Below, one piece after another: positions 9,801-24,764 of a DNA stretch of 64,000 nucleotides (within the stretch, counting starts at the first letter, position 1; every line of letters begins with the position of its first letter). Source of the DNA: Antedon mediterranea (Eukaryota > Animalia > Echinodermata); NCBI RefSeq assembly GCF_964355755.1, contig NC_092670.1, positions 27,826,388 to 27,890,387 on the forward strand. Reading direction: 5' to 3'. Under the pieces are notes generated by a model. The model was not told the origin of the DNA. It searched no databases and worked only from the letters and a program-made list of their open reading frames with translations. The position numbers and the translations under genes were made by a program.

Positions 9801-12800
9801 CGAAATGCTCAAAATGGTCTAAAACGGTTTCTAATGTGATTTTAAGCACTTTGATGTTTTTATGTTAACAACTTTTTTAGAAAATTACAAAATGGTCTAA
9901 AACGTCTCCAAATGCGATTTGAAGCAATTCTAAGCACTTTGGTGTTTTTATGTTAACAAGTTTTTTCGAAAATCACAAAATGGTCTAAAACGTCTCCAAA
10001 TGCGATTTGAAGCTATTCGGTACACTTTGCTGTTTTGTGTGAATAATTTTTGTTGAAATGCTCAAAATGGTCAAAAACGTTTTTAAATACGATATTAAGC
10101 TATTTTGTGCTCTTTGATGTTTTTGTGTGAAAAGTTTTATCGAAATGCTCAAAATGGTCTAAAACGGTTTCTAATGTGATTTTAAGCACTTTGGTGTTTT
10201 TATGTTAACAAGTTTTTTCGAAAATCACAAAATGGTCTAAAATGTCTCCAAATGCGATCTGAAGCTTTTCTAAGCACTTTGGTGTTTTTATGTTAACAAG
10301 TTTTTTCGAAAATCACAAAATGGTCTAAAACGTCTCCAAATGTGATTTGAAGCTATTCTAAACACTTTGGTGTTTTTATGTTAACAAGTTTTTTCGAAAA
10401 TCACAAATTGGTCTAAAACGTCTCCAAATGCGATTTGAAGCTATTTTAAGCACTTTGGTTTTTTTGTGTAACCAAGTTTTTTCGAAAATCACAAAAGGGT
10501 CTAAAATGTCTCAAAATGCGATTTGAAGCTATTCTGTACACTTTGATGTTTTTTTGTTAACAAGTTTTTTCGAAAGTCACAAAATGGTCTAAAAAGTCTC
10601 CAAATGCGATTTGAAGCTATTCTAAGCACTTTGGTGTTTTTATGTTAACAAGTTTTATCGAAAATCACAAAATGGTGTAAAACGTCTCCAAATGCGATTT
10701 GAAGCTATTCTAAGCACTTTGGTGTTTTTATGTTAACAAGTTTTTTCGAAAATCACAAAATGGTGTAAAACGTCTCCAAATGCGATTTTAAGCTATTCTA
10801 AGCAATTTGGTTAACAAGTTTTTTCGAAAATCACAAAATGGTCTAAAACGTCTCCAAATGCGATTTGAAGCTATTCTGTACACTTTGCTGTTTTGTGAGA
10901 ATAATTTTTGTCGAAATGCTCAAAATGGTCAAAAACGTTTTTAAATACGATATTAAGCTATTTTGTGCTCTTTGATGTTTTTGTGTGAAAAGTTTTATCG
11001 AAATGCTCAAAATGGTCTAAAACGGTTTCTAATGTGATTTTAAGCACTTTGATGTTTTTATGTTAACTTTTTTAGAAAATTACAAAATGGTGTAAAACGT
11101 CTCCAAATGCGATTTGAAGCTATTCTAAGCAATTTCGTGTTTTTATGTTAACAAGTTTTTTCGAAAATCACAAAATGGTCTAAAACGTCTCCAAATGCGA
11201 TTTGAAGCTATTCTAAGCACTTTTGTGTTTTTATGTTAACAAGTTTTTTCGAAAATCACAAAATGGTCTAAAACGTCTCCAAATGCGATTTGAAGCTATT
11301 CTGTACACTTTGCTGTTTTGTGTTAATAATTTTTTGTCGAAATGCTCAAAATGGTCAAAAACGTTTTTAAATACGATATTAAGCTATTTTGTGCTCTTTG
11401 ATGTTTTTGTGTGAAAAGTTTTATCGAAATGCTCAAAATGGTCTAAAACGGTTTCTAATGTGATTTTAAGCACTTTGATGTTTTTATGTTAACAACTTTT
11501 TTAGAAAATCACAAAATGGTCTAAAACGTCTCCAAATGCGATTTGAAGCAATTCTAAGCACTTTGGTGTTTTTATGGTAACGAGTTTTTTTGAATATCAC
11601 AAAATGGTCTAAAACGGCTCCAAATACGATTTGAAGCTATTCTAAGCACTTTGGTGTTTTTATGTTAACAAGTTTTTTCGAAAATCACAAAATGGTCTAA
11701 AACGTCTCCAAATGCGATTTGAAGCTATTCTAAGCACTTTGGTGTTTTTATGTTAACAAGTTTTTTCGAAAATCACAAAATGGTGTAAAACGTCTCCAAA
11801 TGCGATTTGAAGCTATTCTAAGCAATTTTGTGTTTTTATGTTAACAAGTTTTTTCGAAAATCACAAAATGGTCTAAAACGTCTCCAAATGCGATTTGAAG
11901 CTATTCTAAGCACTTTTGTGTTTTTATGTTAACAAGTTTTTTCGAAAATCACAAAATGGTCTAAAATGTCTCAAAATGCGATTTGAAGCTATTCTGTACA
12001 CTTTGCTGTTTTGTGTGAATAATTTTTGTCAAAATGCTCAAAATGGTCAAAAACGTTTTTAAATACTATATTAAGCTATTTTGTGTTCTTTGATGTTTTT
12101 GTGTGAAAAGTTTTTTCGAAATGCTCAAAATGGTCTAAAACGGTTTCTAATGTGATTTTAAGCACTTTGATGTTTTTATGTTAACAACTTTTTTAGAAAA
12201 TTACAAAATGGTCTAAAACGTCTCCAAATGCGATTTGAAGCAATTCTAAGCACTTTGGTGTTTTTATGTTAACAAGTTTTTTCGAAAATCACAAAATGGT
12301 CTAAAACGTCTCCAAATGCGATTTGAAGCTATTCTGTACACTTTGCTGTTTTGTGTGAATAATTTTTGTTGAAATGCTCAAAATGGTCAAAAACGTTTTT
12401 AAATACGATATTAAGCTATTTTGTGCTCTTTGATGTTTTTGTGTGAAAAGTTTTATCGAAATGCTCAAAATGGTCTAAAACGGTTTCTAATGTGATTTTA
12501 AGCACTTTGGTGTTTTTATGTTAACAAGTTTTTTCGAAAATCACAAAATGGTCTAAAACGTCTCCAAATGTGATTTGAAGCTATTCTAAACACTTTGGTG
12601 TTTTTATGTTAACAAGTTTTTTCGAAAATCACAAATTGGTCTAAAACGTCTCCAAATGCGATTTGAAGCTATTTTAAGCACTTTGGTGTTTTTGTGTAAC
12701 CAAGTTTTTTCGAAAATCACAAAAGGGTCTAAAATGTCTCAAAATGCGATTTGAAGCTATTCTGTACACTTTGATGTTTTTTTGTTAACAAGTTTTTTCG

Positions 12801-14360
12801 AAAGTCACAAAATGGTCTAAAACGTCTCCAAATGCGATTTGAAGCTATTCTAAGCACTTTGCTGTTTTGTGTGAATAATTTTTGTCGAAATGCTCAAAAT
12901 GGTCAAAAACGTTTTTAAATACGATATTAAGCTATTTTGTGCTCTTTGATGTTTTTGTGTGAAAAGTTTTATCGAAATGCTCAAAATGGTCTAAAACGGT
13001 TTCTAATGTGATTTTAAGCACTTTGATGTTTTTATGTTAACAACTTTTTTAGAAAATCACAAAATGGTCTAAAACGTCTCCAAATGCGATTTGAAGCAAT
13101 TCTAAGCACTTTGGTGTTTTTATGGTAACGAGTTTTTTTGAATATCACAAAATGGTCTAAAATGTCTCCAAATGCGATTTGAAGCTTTTCTAAGCACTTT
13201 GGTGTTTTTATGTTAACAAGTTTTTTCGAAAATCACAAAATGGTCTAAAACGTCTCCAAATGCGATTTGAAGCTATTCTGTACACTTTGCTGTTTTGTGT
13301 GAATAATTTTTGTCGAAATGCTCAAAATGGTCAAAAACGTTTTTAAATACGATATTAAGCTATTTTGTGCTCTTTGATGTTTTTGTGTGAAAAGTTTTAT
13401 CGAAATGCTCAAAATGGTCTAAAACGGTTTCTAATGTGATTTTAAGCACTTTGATGTTTTTATGTTAACAACTTTTTTAGAAAATTACAAAATGGTGTAA
13501 AACGTCTCCAAATGCGATTTGAAGCTATTCTAAGCAATTTGGTGTTTTTATGTTAACAAGTTTTTTCGAAAATCACAAAATGGTCTAAAACGTCTCCAAA
13601 TGCGATTTGAAGCTATTCTAAGCACTTTTGTGTTTTTATGTTAACAAGTTTTTTCGAAAATCACAAAATGGTCTAAAATGTCTCCAAATGCGATTTGAAG
13701 CTTTTCTAAGCACTTTTGTGTTTTTATGTTTACAAGTTTTTTCGAAAATCACAAAATGGTCTAAAACGTCTCCAAATGCGATTTGAAGCTATTCTGTACA
13801 CTTTGCTGTTTTGTGTGAATAATTTTTGTCAAAATGCTCAAAATGGTCAAAAACGTTTTTAAATACTATATTAAGCTATTTTGTGTTCTTTGATGTTTTT
13901 ATGTGAAAAGTTTTATCGAAATGCTCAAAATGGTCTAAAACGGTTTCTAATGTGATTTTAAGAACTTTGATGTTTTTATGTTAAAAACTTTTTTAGAAAA
14001 TCACAAAATGGTCTAAAACGTCTCCAAATGCGATTTGAAGCAATTCTAAGCACTTTGGTGTTTTTATGTTAACATGTTTTTTCGAAAATCACAAAATGGT
14101 CTACAACGTCTCCAAATGCGATTTGAAGATATTCTAAGCACTTTGGTGTTTTTATGTTAACAAGTTTTTTCGAAAATCACAAAGTGGTATAAAACGTCTC
14201 CAAATGCGATTTTAAGGTATTCTAAGCACTTTGGTGTTTTTATGTTAACAAGTTTTTTCGAAAATCACAAAATGGTCTAAAACGTCTCCAAATGTGATTT
14301 GAAGCTATTCTAAACACTTTGGTGTTTTTATGTTAACAAGTTTTTTCGAAAATCACAAAA
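6900..14360 (+). repeat. 5,588-bp offset duplication (~6.9-8.77 kb matches ~12.5-14.36 kb)
   Basis: Private marker AACATG at 8483/14071, with linked GTCTACAACG, AAAGTGGTAT and GTTAAAAAC in the same order. Boundaries approximate. Confidence 0.8.
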
Positions 14361-17300
14361 TGGTGTAAAACGTCTCCAAATGCGATTTGAAGCTATTCTA
14401 AGCAATTTTGTGTTTTTATGTTAACAAGTTTTTTCGAAAATCACAAAATGGTCTAAAACGTCTCCAAATGCGATTTGAAGCTATTCTAAGCACTTTTGTG
14501 TTTTTATGTTAACAAGTTTTTTCGAAAATCACAAAATGGTCTAAAATGTCTCAAAATGCGATTTGAAGCTATTCTGTACACTTTGCTGTTTTGTGTGAAT
14601 AATTTTTGTCAAAATGCTCAAAATGGTCAAAAACGTTTTTAAATACTATATTAAGCTATTTTGTGTTCTTTGATGTTTTTGTGTGAAAAGTTTTTTCGAA
14701 ATGCTCAAAATGGTCTAAAACGGTTTCTAATGTGATTTTAAGCACTTTGATGTTTTTATGTTAACAACTTTTTTAGAAAATTACAAAATGGTCTAAAACG
14801 TCTCCAAATGCGATTTGAAGCAATTCTAAGCACTTTGGTGTTTTTATGTTAACAAGTTTTTTCGAAAATCACAAAATGATCTAAAACGTCTCCAAATGCG
14901 ATTTGAAGCTATTCGGTACACTTTGCTGTTTTGTGTGAATAATTTTTGTTGAAATGCTCAAAATGGTCAAAAACGTTTTTAAATACGATATTAAGCTATT
15001 TTGTGCTCTTTGATGTTTTTGTGTGAAAAGTTTTATCGAAATGCTCAAAATGGTCTAAAACGGTTTCTAATGTGATTTTAAGCACTTTGTTGTTTTTATG
15101 TTAACAAGTTTTTTCGAAAATCACAAAATGGTCTAAAATGTCTCCAAATGCGATCTGAAGCTTTTCTAAGCACTTTGGTGTTTTTATGTTAACAAGTTTT
15201 TTCGAAAATCACAAAATGGTCTAAAACGTCTCCAAATGTGATTTGAAGCTATTCTAAACACTTTGGTGTTTTTATGTTAACAAGTTTTTTCGAAAATCAC
15301 AAATTGGTCTAAAACGTCTCCAAATGCGATTTGAAGCTATTTTAAGCACTTTGGTTTTTTTGTGTAACCAAGTTTTTTCGAAAATCACAAAAGGGTCTAA
15401 AATGTCTCAAAATGCGATTTGAAGCTATTCTGTACACTTTGATGTTTTTTTGTTAACAAGTTTTTTCGAAAGTCACAAAATGGTCTAAAAAGTCTCCAAA
15501 TGCGATTTGAAGCTATTCTAAGCACTTTGGTGTTTTTATGTTAACAAGTTTTATCGAAAATCACAAAATGGTGTAAAACGTCTCCAAATGCGATTTGAAG
15601 CTATTCTAAGCACTTTGGTGTTTTTATGTTAACAAGTTTTTTCGAAAATCACAAAATGGTGTAAAACGTCTCCAAATGCGATTTTAAGCTATTCTAAGCA
15701 ATTTGGTGTTTTTATGTTAACAAGTTTTTTCGAAAATCACAAAATGGTCTAAAACGTCTCCAAATGCGATTTGAAGCTATTCTGTACACTTTGCTGTTTT
15801 GTGAGAATAATTTTTGTCGAAATGCTCAAAATGGTCAAAAACGTTTTTAAATACGATATTAAGCTATTTTGTGCTCTTTGATGTTTTTGTGTGAAAAGTT
15901 TTATCGAAATGCTCAAAATGGTCTAAAACGGTTTCTAATGTGATTTTAAGCACTTTGATGTTTTTATGTTAACAACTTTTTTAGAAAATTACAAAATGGT
16001 GTAAAACGTCTCCAAATGCGATTTGAAGCTATTCTAAGCAATTTCGTGTTTTTATGTTAACAAGTTTTTTCGAAAATCACAAAATGGTCTAAAACGTCTC
16101 CAAATGCGATTTGAAGCTATTCTAAGCACTTTTGTGTTTTTATGTTAACAAGTTTTTTCGAAAATCACAAAATGGTCTAAAACGTCTCCAAATGCGATTT
16201 GAAGCTATTCTGTACACTTTGCTGTTTTGTGTGAATAATTTTTTGTCGAAATGCTCAAAATGGTCAAAAACGTTTTTAAATACGATATTAAGCTATTTTG
16301 TGCTCTTTGATGTTTTTGTGTGAAAAGTTTTATCGAAATGCTCAAAATGGTCTAAAACGGTTTCTAATGTGATTTTAAGCACTTTGATGTTTTTATGTTA
16401 ACAACTTTTTTAGAAAATCACAAAATGGTCTAAAACGTCTCCAAATGCGATTTGAAGCAATTCTAAGCACTTTGGTGTTTTTATGGTAACGAGTTTTTTT
16501 GAATATCACAAAATGGTCTAAAACGTCTCCAAATGCGATTTGAAGCTTTTCTAAGCACTTTGGTGTTTTTATGTTTACAAGTTTTTTCGAAAATCACAAA
16601 ATGGTCTAAAACGGCTCCAAATACGATTTGAAGCTATTCTAAGCACTTTGGTGTTTTTATGTTAACAAGTTTTTTCGAAAATCACAAAATGGTCTAAAAC
16701 GTCTCCAAATGCGATTTGAAGCTATTCTAAGCACTTTGGTGTTTTTATGTTAACAAGTTTTTTCGAAAATCACAAAATGGTGTAAAACGTCTCCAAATGC
16801 GATTTGAAGCTATTCTAAGCAATTTTGTGTTTTTATGTTAACAAGTTTTTTCGAAAATCACAAAATGGTCTAAAACGTCTCCAAATGCGATTTGAAGCTA
16901 TTCTAAGCACTTTTGTGTTTTTATGTTAACAAGTTTTTTCGAAAATCACAAAATGGTCTAAAATGTCTCAAAATGCGATTTGAAGCTATTCTGTACACTT
17001 TGCTGTTTTGTGTGAATAATTTTTGTCAAAATGCTCAAAATGGTCAAAAACGTTTTTAAATACTATATTAAGCTATTTTGTGTTCTTTGATGTTTTTGTG
17101 TGAAAAGTTTTTTCGAAATGCTCAAAATGGTCTAAAACGGTTTCTAATGTGATTTTAAGCACTTTGATGTTTTTATGTTAACAACTTTTTTAGAAAATTA
17201 CAAAATGGTCTAAAACGTCTCCAAATGCAATTTGAAGCAATTCTAAGCACTTTGGTGTTTTTATGTTAACAAGTTTTTTCGAAAATCACAAAATGGTCTA

Positions 17301-17800
17301 AAACGTCTCCAAATGCGATTTGAAGCTATTCTGTACACTTTGCTGTTTTGTGTGAATAATTTTTGTTGAAATGCTCAAAATGGTCAAAAACGTTTTTAAA
17401 TACGATATTAAGCTATTTTGTGCTCTTTGATGTTTTTGTGTGAAAAGTTTTATCGAAATGCTCAAAATGGTCTAAAACGGTTTCTAATGTGATTTTAAGC
17501 ACTTTGGTGTTTTTATGTTAACAAGTTTTTTCGAAAATCACAAAATGGTCTAAAACGTCTCCAAATGTGATTTGAAGCTATTCTAAACACTTTGGTGTTT
17601 TTATGTTAACAAGTTTTTTCGAAAATCACAAATTGGTCTAAAACGTCTCCAAATGCGATTTGAAGCTATTTTAAGCACTTTGGTGTTTTTGTGTAACCAA
17701 GTTTTTTCGAAAATCACAAAAGGGTCTAAAATGTCTCAAAATGCGATTTGAAGCTATTCTGTACACTTTGATGTTTTTTTGTTAACAAGTTTTTTCGAAA
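9400..17800 (+). repeat. ~4.9-kb offset duplication (4,896 -> 4,909 -> 4,997 bp as indels accumulate)
   Basis: CTATTCGGTAC 10018/14914 and GCGATCTGAAG 10256/15152 give 4,896. After 10-bp and 3-bp deletions the two ORF calls are 4,909 apart. One further monomer is missing at about 11.6 kb. Boundaries approximate. Confidence 0.8.
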
Positions 17801-20800
17801 GTCTCAAAATGGTCTAAAAAGTCTCCAAATGCGATTTGAAGCTATTCTAAGCACTTTGGTGTTTTTATGTTAACAAGTTTTATCGAAAATCACAAAATGG
17901 TGTAAAACGTCTCCAAATGCGATTTGAAGCTATTCTAAGCACTTTGGTGTTTTTATGTTAACAAGTTTTTTCGAAAATCACAAAATGGTGTAAAACGTCT
18001 CCAAATGCGATTTTAAGCTATTCTAAGCAATTTGGTGTTTTTATGTTAACAAGTTTTTTCGAAAATCACAAAATGGTCTAAAACGTCTCCAAATGCGATT
18101 TGAAGCTATTCTGTACACTTTGCTGTTTTGTGAGAATAATTTTTGTCGAAATGCTCAAAATGGTCAAAAACGTTTTTAAATACGATATTAAGCTATTTTG
18201 TGCTCTTTGATGTTTTTGTGTGAAAAGTTTTATCGAAATGCTCAAAATGGTCTAAAACGGTTTCTAATGTGATTTTAAGCACTTTGATGTTTTTATGTTA
18301 ACAACTTTTTTAGAAAATTACAAAATGGTGTAAAACGTCTCCAAATGCGATTTGAAGCTATTCTAAGCAATTTCGTGTTTTTATGTTAACAAGTTTTTTC
18401 GAAAATCACAAAATGGTCTAAAACGTCTCCAAATGCGATTTGAAGCTATTCTAAGCACTTTTGTGTTTTTATGTTAACAAGTTTTTTCGAAAATCACAAA
18501 ATGGTCTAAAATGTCTCCAAATGCGATTTTAAGGTATTCTAAGCACTTTGGTGTTTTTATGTTAACAAGTTTTTTCGAAAATCACAAAATGGTCTAAAAC
18601 GTCTCCAAATGCGATTTGAAGCTATTCTAAGCACTTTGGTGTTTTTATGTTAACAAGTTTTTTCGAAAATCACAAAATGGTGTAAAACTTCTCCAAATAC
18701 GATTTTAAGCTATTCTAAGCAATTTGGTGTTTTTATGTTAACAAGTTTTTTCGAAAATCACAAAATGGTATAAAACGTCTCCAAATACGATTTGAAGCAA
18801 TTCTAAGCACTTTGGTGTTTTTATGTTAACAAGTTTTTTCGAAAATTACAAAATGGTATAAAACGTCTCCAAATGCGATTTGAAGATTTTCTAAGCACTT
18901 TGGTGTTTTTATGTTTACAAGTTTTTTCGAAAATCACAAAATGGTCTAAAACGTCTCCAAATGCGATTTGAAGCTATTCTGTACACTTTGCTGTTTTGTG
19001 TGAATAATTTTGTCAAAATGCTCAAAATGGTCAAAAACGTTTTTAAATACTATATTAAGCTATTTTGTGTTCTTTGATGTTTTTGTGTGAAAAGTTTTAT
19101 CGAAATGCTCAAAATGGTCTAAAACGGTTTCTAATGAAATGATTTTAAGAACTTTGATGTTTTTATGTTAACAACTTTTTTAGAAAATCACAAAATGGTC
19201 TAAAACGTCTACAAATGCGATTTGAAGCTATTCTAAGCACTTTGGTGTTTTTATGTTAACAAGTCTTTTCGAAAATCACAAAATGGTATAAAACGTCTCC
19301 AAATGAGATTTTAAGGTATTCTAAGCACTTTGGTGTTTTTATGTTAACAAGTTTTTTCGAAAATCACAAAATGGTCTAAAACGTCTACAAATGCGATTTG
19401 AAGCTATTCTAAGCACTTTGGTGTTTTTATGTTAAAAAGTTTTTTCGAAAATCACAAAATGGTCTAAAACGTCTCCAAATGCGATTTGAAGCTATTCTGT
19501 ACACTTTGCTGTTTTGTGTGAATAATTTTTGTCGAAATGCTCAAAATGGTCAAAAACGTTTTTAAATACAATATTAAGCTATTTTGTGCTCTTTGATGTT
19601 TTTGTGTGAAAAGTTTTATCGAAATGCTCAAAATGGTCTAAAACGGTTTCTAATGTGATTTTAAGCACTTTGATGTTTTTATGTTAACAACTTTTTTAGA
19701 AAATCACAAAATGGTCTAAAACGTCTCCAAATGCGATTTGAAGCAATTCTAAGCACTTTGGTGTTTTTATGGTAACGAGTTTTTTTGAATATCACAAAAT
19801 GGTCTAAAATGTCTCCAAATGCGATTTGAAGCTATTCTGTACACTTTGATGTTTTTTTGTTAACAAGTTTTTTCGAAAGTCACAAAATGGTCTAAAACGT
19901 CTCCAAATGCGATTTGAAGCTATTCTAAGCACTTTGGTGTTTTTATGTTAACAAGTTTTTTCGAAAATCACAAAATGGTGTAAAACGTCTCCAAATGCGA
20001 TTTGAAGCTATTCTAAGCACTTTGGTGTTTTTATGTTAACAAGTTTTTTCGAAAATCACAAAATGGTGTAAAACTTCTCCAAATACGATTTTAAGCTATT
20101 CTAAGCAATTTGGTGTTTTTATGTTAACAAGTTTTTTCGAAAATCACAAAATGGTCTAAAACGTCTCCAAATGCGATTTGAAGCTATTCTGTACACTTTG
20201 CTGTTTTGTGTGAATAATTTTTGTTGAAATGCTCAAAATGGTCAAAAACGTTTTTAAATACGATATTAAGCTATTTTGTGCTCTTTGATGTTTTTGTGTG
20301 AAAAGTTTTATCGAAATGCTCAAAATGGTCTAAAACGGTTTCTAATGTGATTTTAAGCACTTTGATGTTTTTATGTTAACAACTTTTTTAGAAAATTACA
20401 AAATTGTGTAAAACGTCTCCAAATGCGATTTGAAGCTATTCTAAGCAATTTCGTGTTTTTATGTTAACAAGTTTTTTCGAAAATCACAAAATGGTCTAAA
20501 ACGTCTCCAAATGCGATTTGAAGCTATTCTAAGCACTTTTGTGTTTTTATGTTAACAAGTTTTTTCGAAAATCACAAAATGGTCTAAAATGTCTCCAAAT
20601 GCGATTTTAAGGTATTCTAAGCACTTTGGTGTTTTTATGTTAACAAGTTTTTTCGAAAATCACAAAATGGTCTAAAACGTCTACAAATGCGATTTGAAGC
20701 TATTCTAAGCACTTTGGTGTTTTTATGTTAACAAGTTTTTTCGAAAATTACAAAATGGTATAAAACGTCTCCAAATGCGATTTGAAGATTTTCTAAGCAC

Positions 20801-23800
20801 TTTGGTGTTTTTATGTTTACAAGTTTTTTCGAAAATCACAAAATGGTCTAAAACGTCTCCAAATGCGATTTGAAGCTATTCTGTACACTTTGCTGTTTTG
20901 TGTGAATAATTTTGTCAAAATGCTCAAAATGGTCAAAAACGTTTTTAAATACTATATTAAGCTATTTTGTGTTCTTTGATGTTTTTGTGTGAAAAGTTTT
21001 ATCGAAATGCTCAAAATGGTCTAAAACGGTTTCTAATGAAATGATTATAAGAACTTTGATGTTTTTATGTTAACAACTTTTTTAGAAAATCACAAAATGG
21101 TCTAAAACGTCTCCAAATGCGATTTGAAGCAATTCTAAGCACTTTGGTGTTTTTATGTTAACAAGTTTTTTCGAAAATCACAAAATGGTATAAAACCTCT
21201 CCAAATGCGATTTTAAGGTATTCTAAGCACTTTGGTGTTTTTATGTTAACAAGTTTTTTCGAAAATCACAAAATGGTCTAAAACGTCTACAAATGCGATT
21301 TGAAGCTATTCTAAGCACTTTGGTGTTTTTATATTAACAAGTTTTTTCGAAAATCACAAAATGGTATAAAACGTCTCCAAATGAGATTTTAAGGTATTCT
21401 AAGCACTTTGGTGTTTTTATGTTAACAAGTTTTTTCGAAAATCACAAAATGGTCTAAAACGTCTACAAATGCGATTTGAAGCTATTCTAAGCACTTTGGT
21501 GTTTTTATGTTAACAAGTTTTTTCGAAAATCACAAAATGGTCTAAAACGTCTCCAAATGCGATTTGAAGCTATTCTGTACACTTTGCTGTTTTGTGTGAA
21601 TAATTTTTGTCGAAATGCTCAAAATGGTCAAAAACGTTTTTAAATACGATATTAAGCTATTTTGTGCTCTTTGATGTTTTTGTGTGAAAAGTTTTATCGA
21701 AATGCTCAAAATGGTCTAAAACGGTTTCTAATGTGATTTTAAGCACTTTGATGTTTTTATGTTAACAACTTTTTTAGAAAATCACAAAATGGTCTAAAAC
21801 GTCTCCAAATGCGATTTGAAGCAATTCTAAGCACTTTGGTGTTTTTATGGTAACGAGTTTTTTTGAATATCACAAAATGGTCTAAAATGTCTCCAAATGC
21901 GATTTGAAGCTATTCTGTACACTTTGATGTTTTTTTGTTAACAAGTTTTTTCGAAAGTCACAAAATGGTCTAAAACGTCTCCAAATGCGATTTGAAACTA
22001 TTCTAAGCACTTTGGTGTTTTTATGTTAACAAGTTTTTTCGAAAATCACAAAATGGGGTAAAACGTCTCCAAATGCGATTTGAAGCTATTCTAAGCACTT
22101 TGGTGTTTTTATGTTAACAAGTTTTTTCGAAAATCACAAAATGGTGTAAAACTTCTCCAAATACGATTTTAAGCTATTCTAAGCAATTTGGTGTTTTTAT
22201 GTTAACAAGTTTTTTCGAAAATCACAAAATGGTCTAAAACGTCTCCAAATGCGATTTGAAGCTATTCTGTACACTTTGCTGTTTTGTGTGAATAATTTTT
22301 GTTGAAATGCTCAAAATGGTCAAAAACGTTTTTAAATACTATATTAAGCTATTTTGTGCTCTTTGATGTTTTTGTGTGAAAAGTTTTATCGAAATGCTCA
22401 AAATGGTCTAAAACGGTTTCTAATGTGATTTTAAGCACTTTGATGTTTTTATGTTAACAACTTTTTTAGAAAATTACAAAATGGTGTAAAACGTCTCCAA
22501 ATGCGATTTGAAGCTATTCTAAGCACTTTGGTGTTTTTATGGTAACGAGTTTTTTTGAATATCACAAAATGGTCTAAAATGTCTCCAAATGCGATTTGAA
22601 GCTTTTCTAAGCACTTTGGTGTTTTTATGTTAACAAGTTTTTTCGAAAATCACAAAATGGTCTAAAACGTCTCCAAATGTGATTTGAAGCTATTCTAAAC
22701 ACTTTGGTGTTTTTATGTTAACAAGTTTTTTCGAAAATCACAAATTGGTCTAAAACGTCTCCAAATGCGATTTGAAGCTAGTTTAAGCACTTTGGTGTTT
22801 TTGTGTAACCAAGTTTTTTCGAAAATCACAAAAGGGTCTAAAATGTCTCAAAATGCGATTTGAAGCTATTCTGTACACTTTGATGTTTTTTTTGTTAACA
22901 AGTTTTTTCGAAAGTCACAAAATGGTCTAAAACGTCTCCAAATGCGATTTGAAGCTATTCTAAGCACTTTGGTGTTTTTATGTTAACAAGTTTTTTCGAA
23001 AATCACAAAATGGTGTAAAACGTCTCCAAATGCGATTTGAAGCTATTCTAAGCAATTTGGTGTTTTTATGTTAACAAGTTTTTTCGAAAATCACAAAATG
23101 GTGTAAAACGTCTCCAAATGCGATTTTAAGCTATTCTAAGCAATTTGGTGTTTTTTTATGTTAACAAGTTTTTTCGAAAATCACAAAATGGTCTAAAACG
23201 TCTCCAAATGCGATTTGAAGCTATTCTGTACACTTTGCTGTTTTGTGAGAATAATTTTTGTCGAAATGCTCAAAATGGTCAAAAACGTTTTTAAATACGA
23301 TATTAAGCTATTTTGTGCTCTTTGATGTTTTTGTGTGAAAAGTTTTATCGAAATGCTCAAAATGGTCTAAAACGGTTTCTAATGTGATTTTAAGCACTTT
23401 GGTGTTTTTATGTTAACAAGTTTTTTCGAAAATCACAAAATGGTCTAAAACGTCTCCAAATGTGATTTGAAGCTATTCAAAACACTTTGGTGTTTTTATG
23501 TTAACAAGTTTTTTCGAAAATCACAAATTGGTCTAAAACGTCTCCAAATGCGATTTGAAGCTATTTTAAGCACTTTGGTGTTTTTGTGTAACCAAGTTTT
23601 TTCGAAAATCACAAAAGGGTCTAAAATGTCTCAAAATGCGATTTGAAGCTATTCTGTACACTTTGATGTTTTTTTGTTAACAAGTTTTTTCGAAAGTCAC
23701 AAAATGGTCTAAAACGTCTCCAAATGCGATTTGAAGCTATTCTAAGCACTTTGCTGTATTGTGTGAATAATTTTTGTCGAAATGCTCAAAATGGTCAAAA

Positions 23801-23908
23801 ACGTTTTTAAATACGATATTAAGCTATTTTGTGCTCTTTGATGTTTTTGTGTGAAAAGTTTTATCGAAATGCTCAAAATGGTCTAAAACGGTTTCTAATG
23901 TGATTTTA

Positions 23909-24764
23909 AGCACTTTGATGTTTTTATGTTAACAACTTTTTTAGAAAATCACAAAATGGTCTAAAACGTTTCCAAATGCGATTTGAAGCAATTCTAAGCA
24001 CTTTGGTGTTTTTATGGTAACGAGTTTTTTTGAATATCACAAAATGGTCTAAAATGTCTCCAAATGCGATTTGAAGCTTTTCTAAGCACTTTGGTGTTTT
24101 TATGTTAACAAGTTTTTTCGAAAATCACAAAATGGTCTAAAACGTCTCCAAATGCGATTTGAAGCTATTCTGTACACTTTGCTGTTTTGTGTGAATAATT
24201 TTTGTCGAAATGCTCAAAATGGTCAAAAACGTTTTTAAATACGATATTAAGCTATTTTGTGCTCTTTTATGTTTTTGTGTGAAAAGTTTTATCGAAATGC
24301 TCAAAATGGTCTAAAACGGTTTCTAATGTGATTTTAAGCACTTTGATGTTTTTATGTTAACAACTTTTTTAGAAAATCACAAAATGGTCTAAAACGTCTC
24401 CAAATGCGATTTGAAGCAATTCTAAGCACTTTGGTGTTTTTATGGTAACGAGTTTTTTTGAATATCACAAAATGGTCTAAAATGTCTCCAAATGCGATTT
24501 GAAGCTTTTCTAAGCACTTTGGTGTTTTTATGGTAACGAGTTATTTCGAAAATCACAAAATGGTCTAAAACGTCTCCAAATGCGATTTGAAGCTATTCTG
24601 TACACTTTGCTGTTTTGTGTGAATAATTTTTGTCAAAATGCTCAAAATGGTCAAAAACGTTTTTAAATACTATATTAAGCTATTTTGTGCTCTTTGATGT
24701 TTTTGTGTGAAAAGTTTTATCGAAATGCTCAAAATGGTCTAAAACGGTTTCTAATGTGATTTTA
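23909..24764 (+). repeat. 428-bp tandem duplication (3 A + BC) x2
   Basis: Post-C monomer starts at 23909, 24337 and 24765; 428 = 3x88 + 164. Also present at about 39.7, 49.7 and 58.7 kb, but single-copy at about 7.4 and 13.0 kb. Confidence 0.8.

Noticed and set aside
11223-11414. 63-aa ORF (MCFYVNKFF...)
   Set aside because: It starts at TTG inside monomer A and stays open only because this B copy has an extra T. It is translated satellite with no recognisable domain.
16132-16323. Second identical 63-aa ORF
   Set aside because: Paralogue within the ~4.9-kb duplication, so identity reflects recent copying. One synonymous difference (GTT/GTG) is not evidence of selection.
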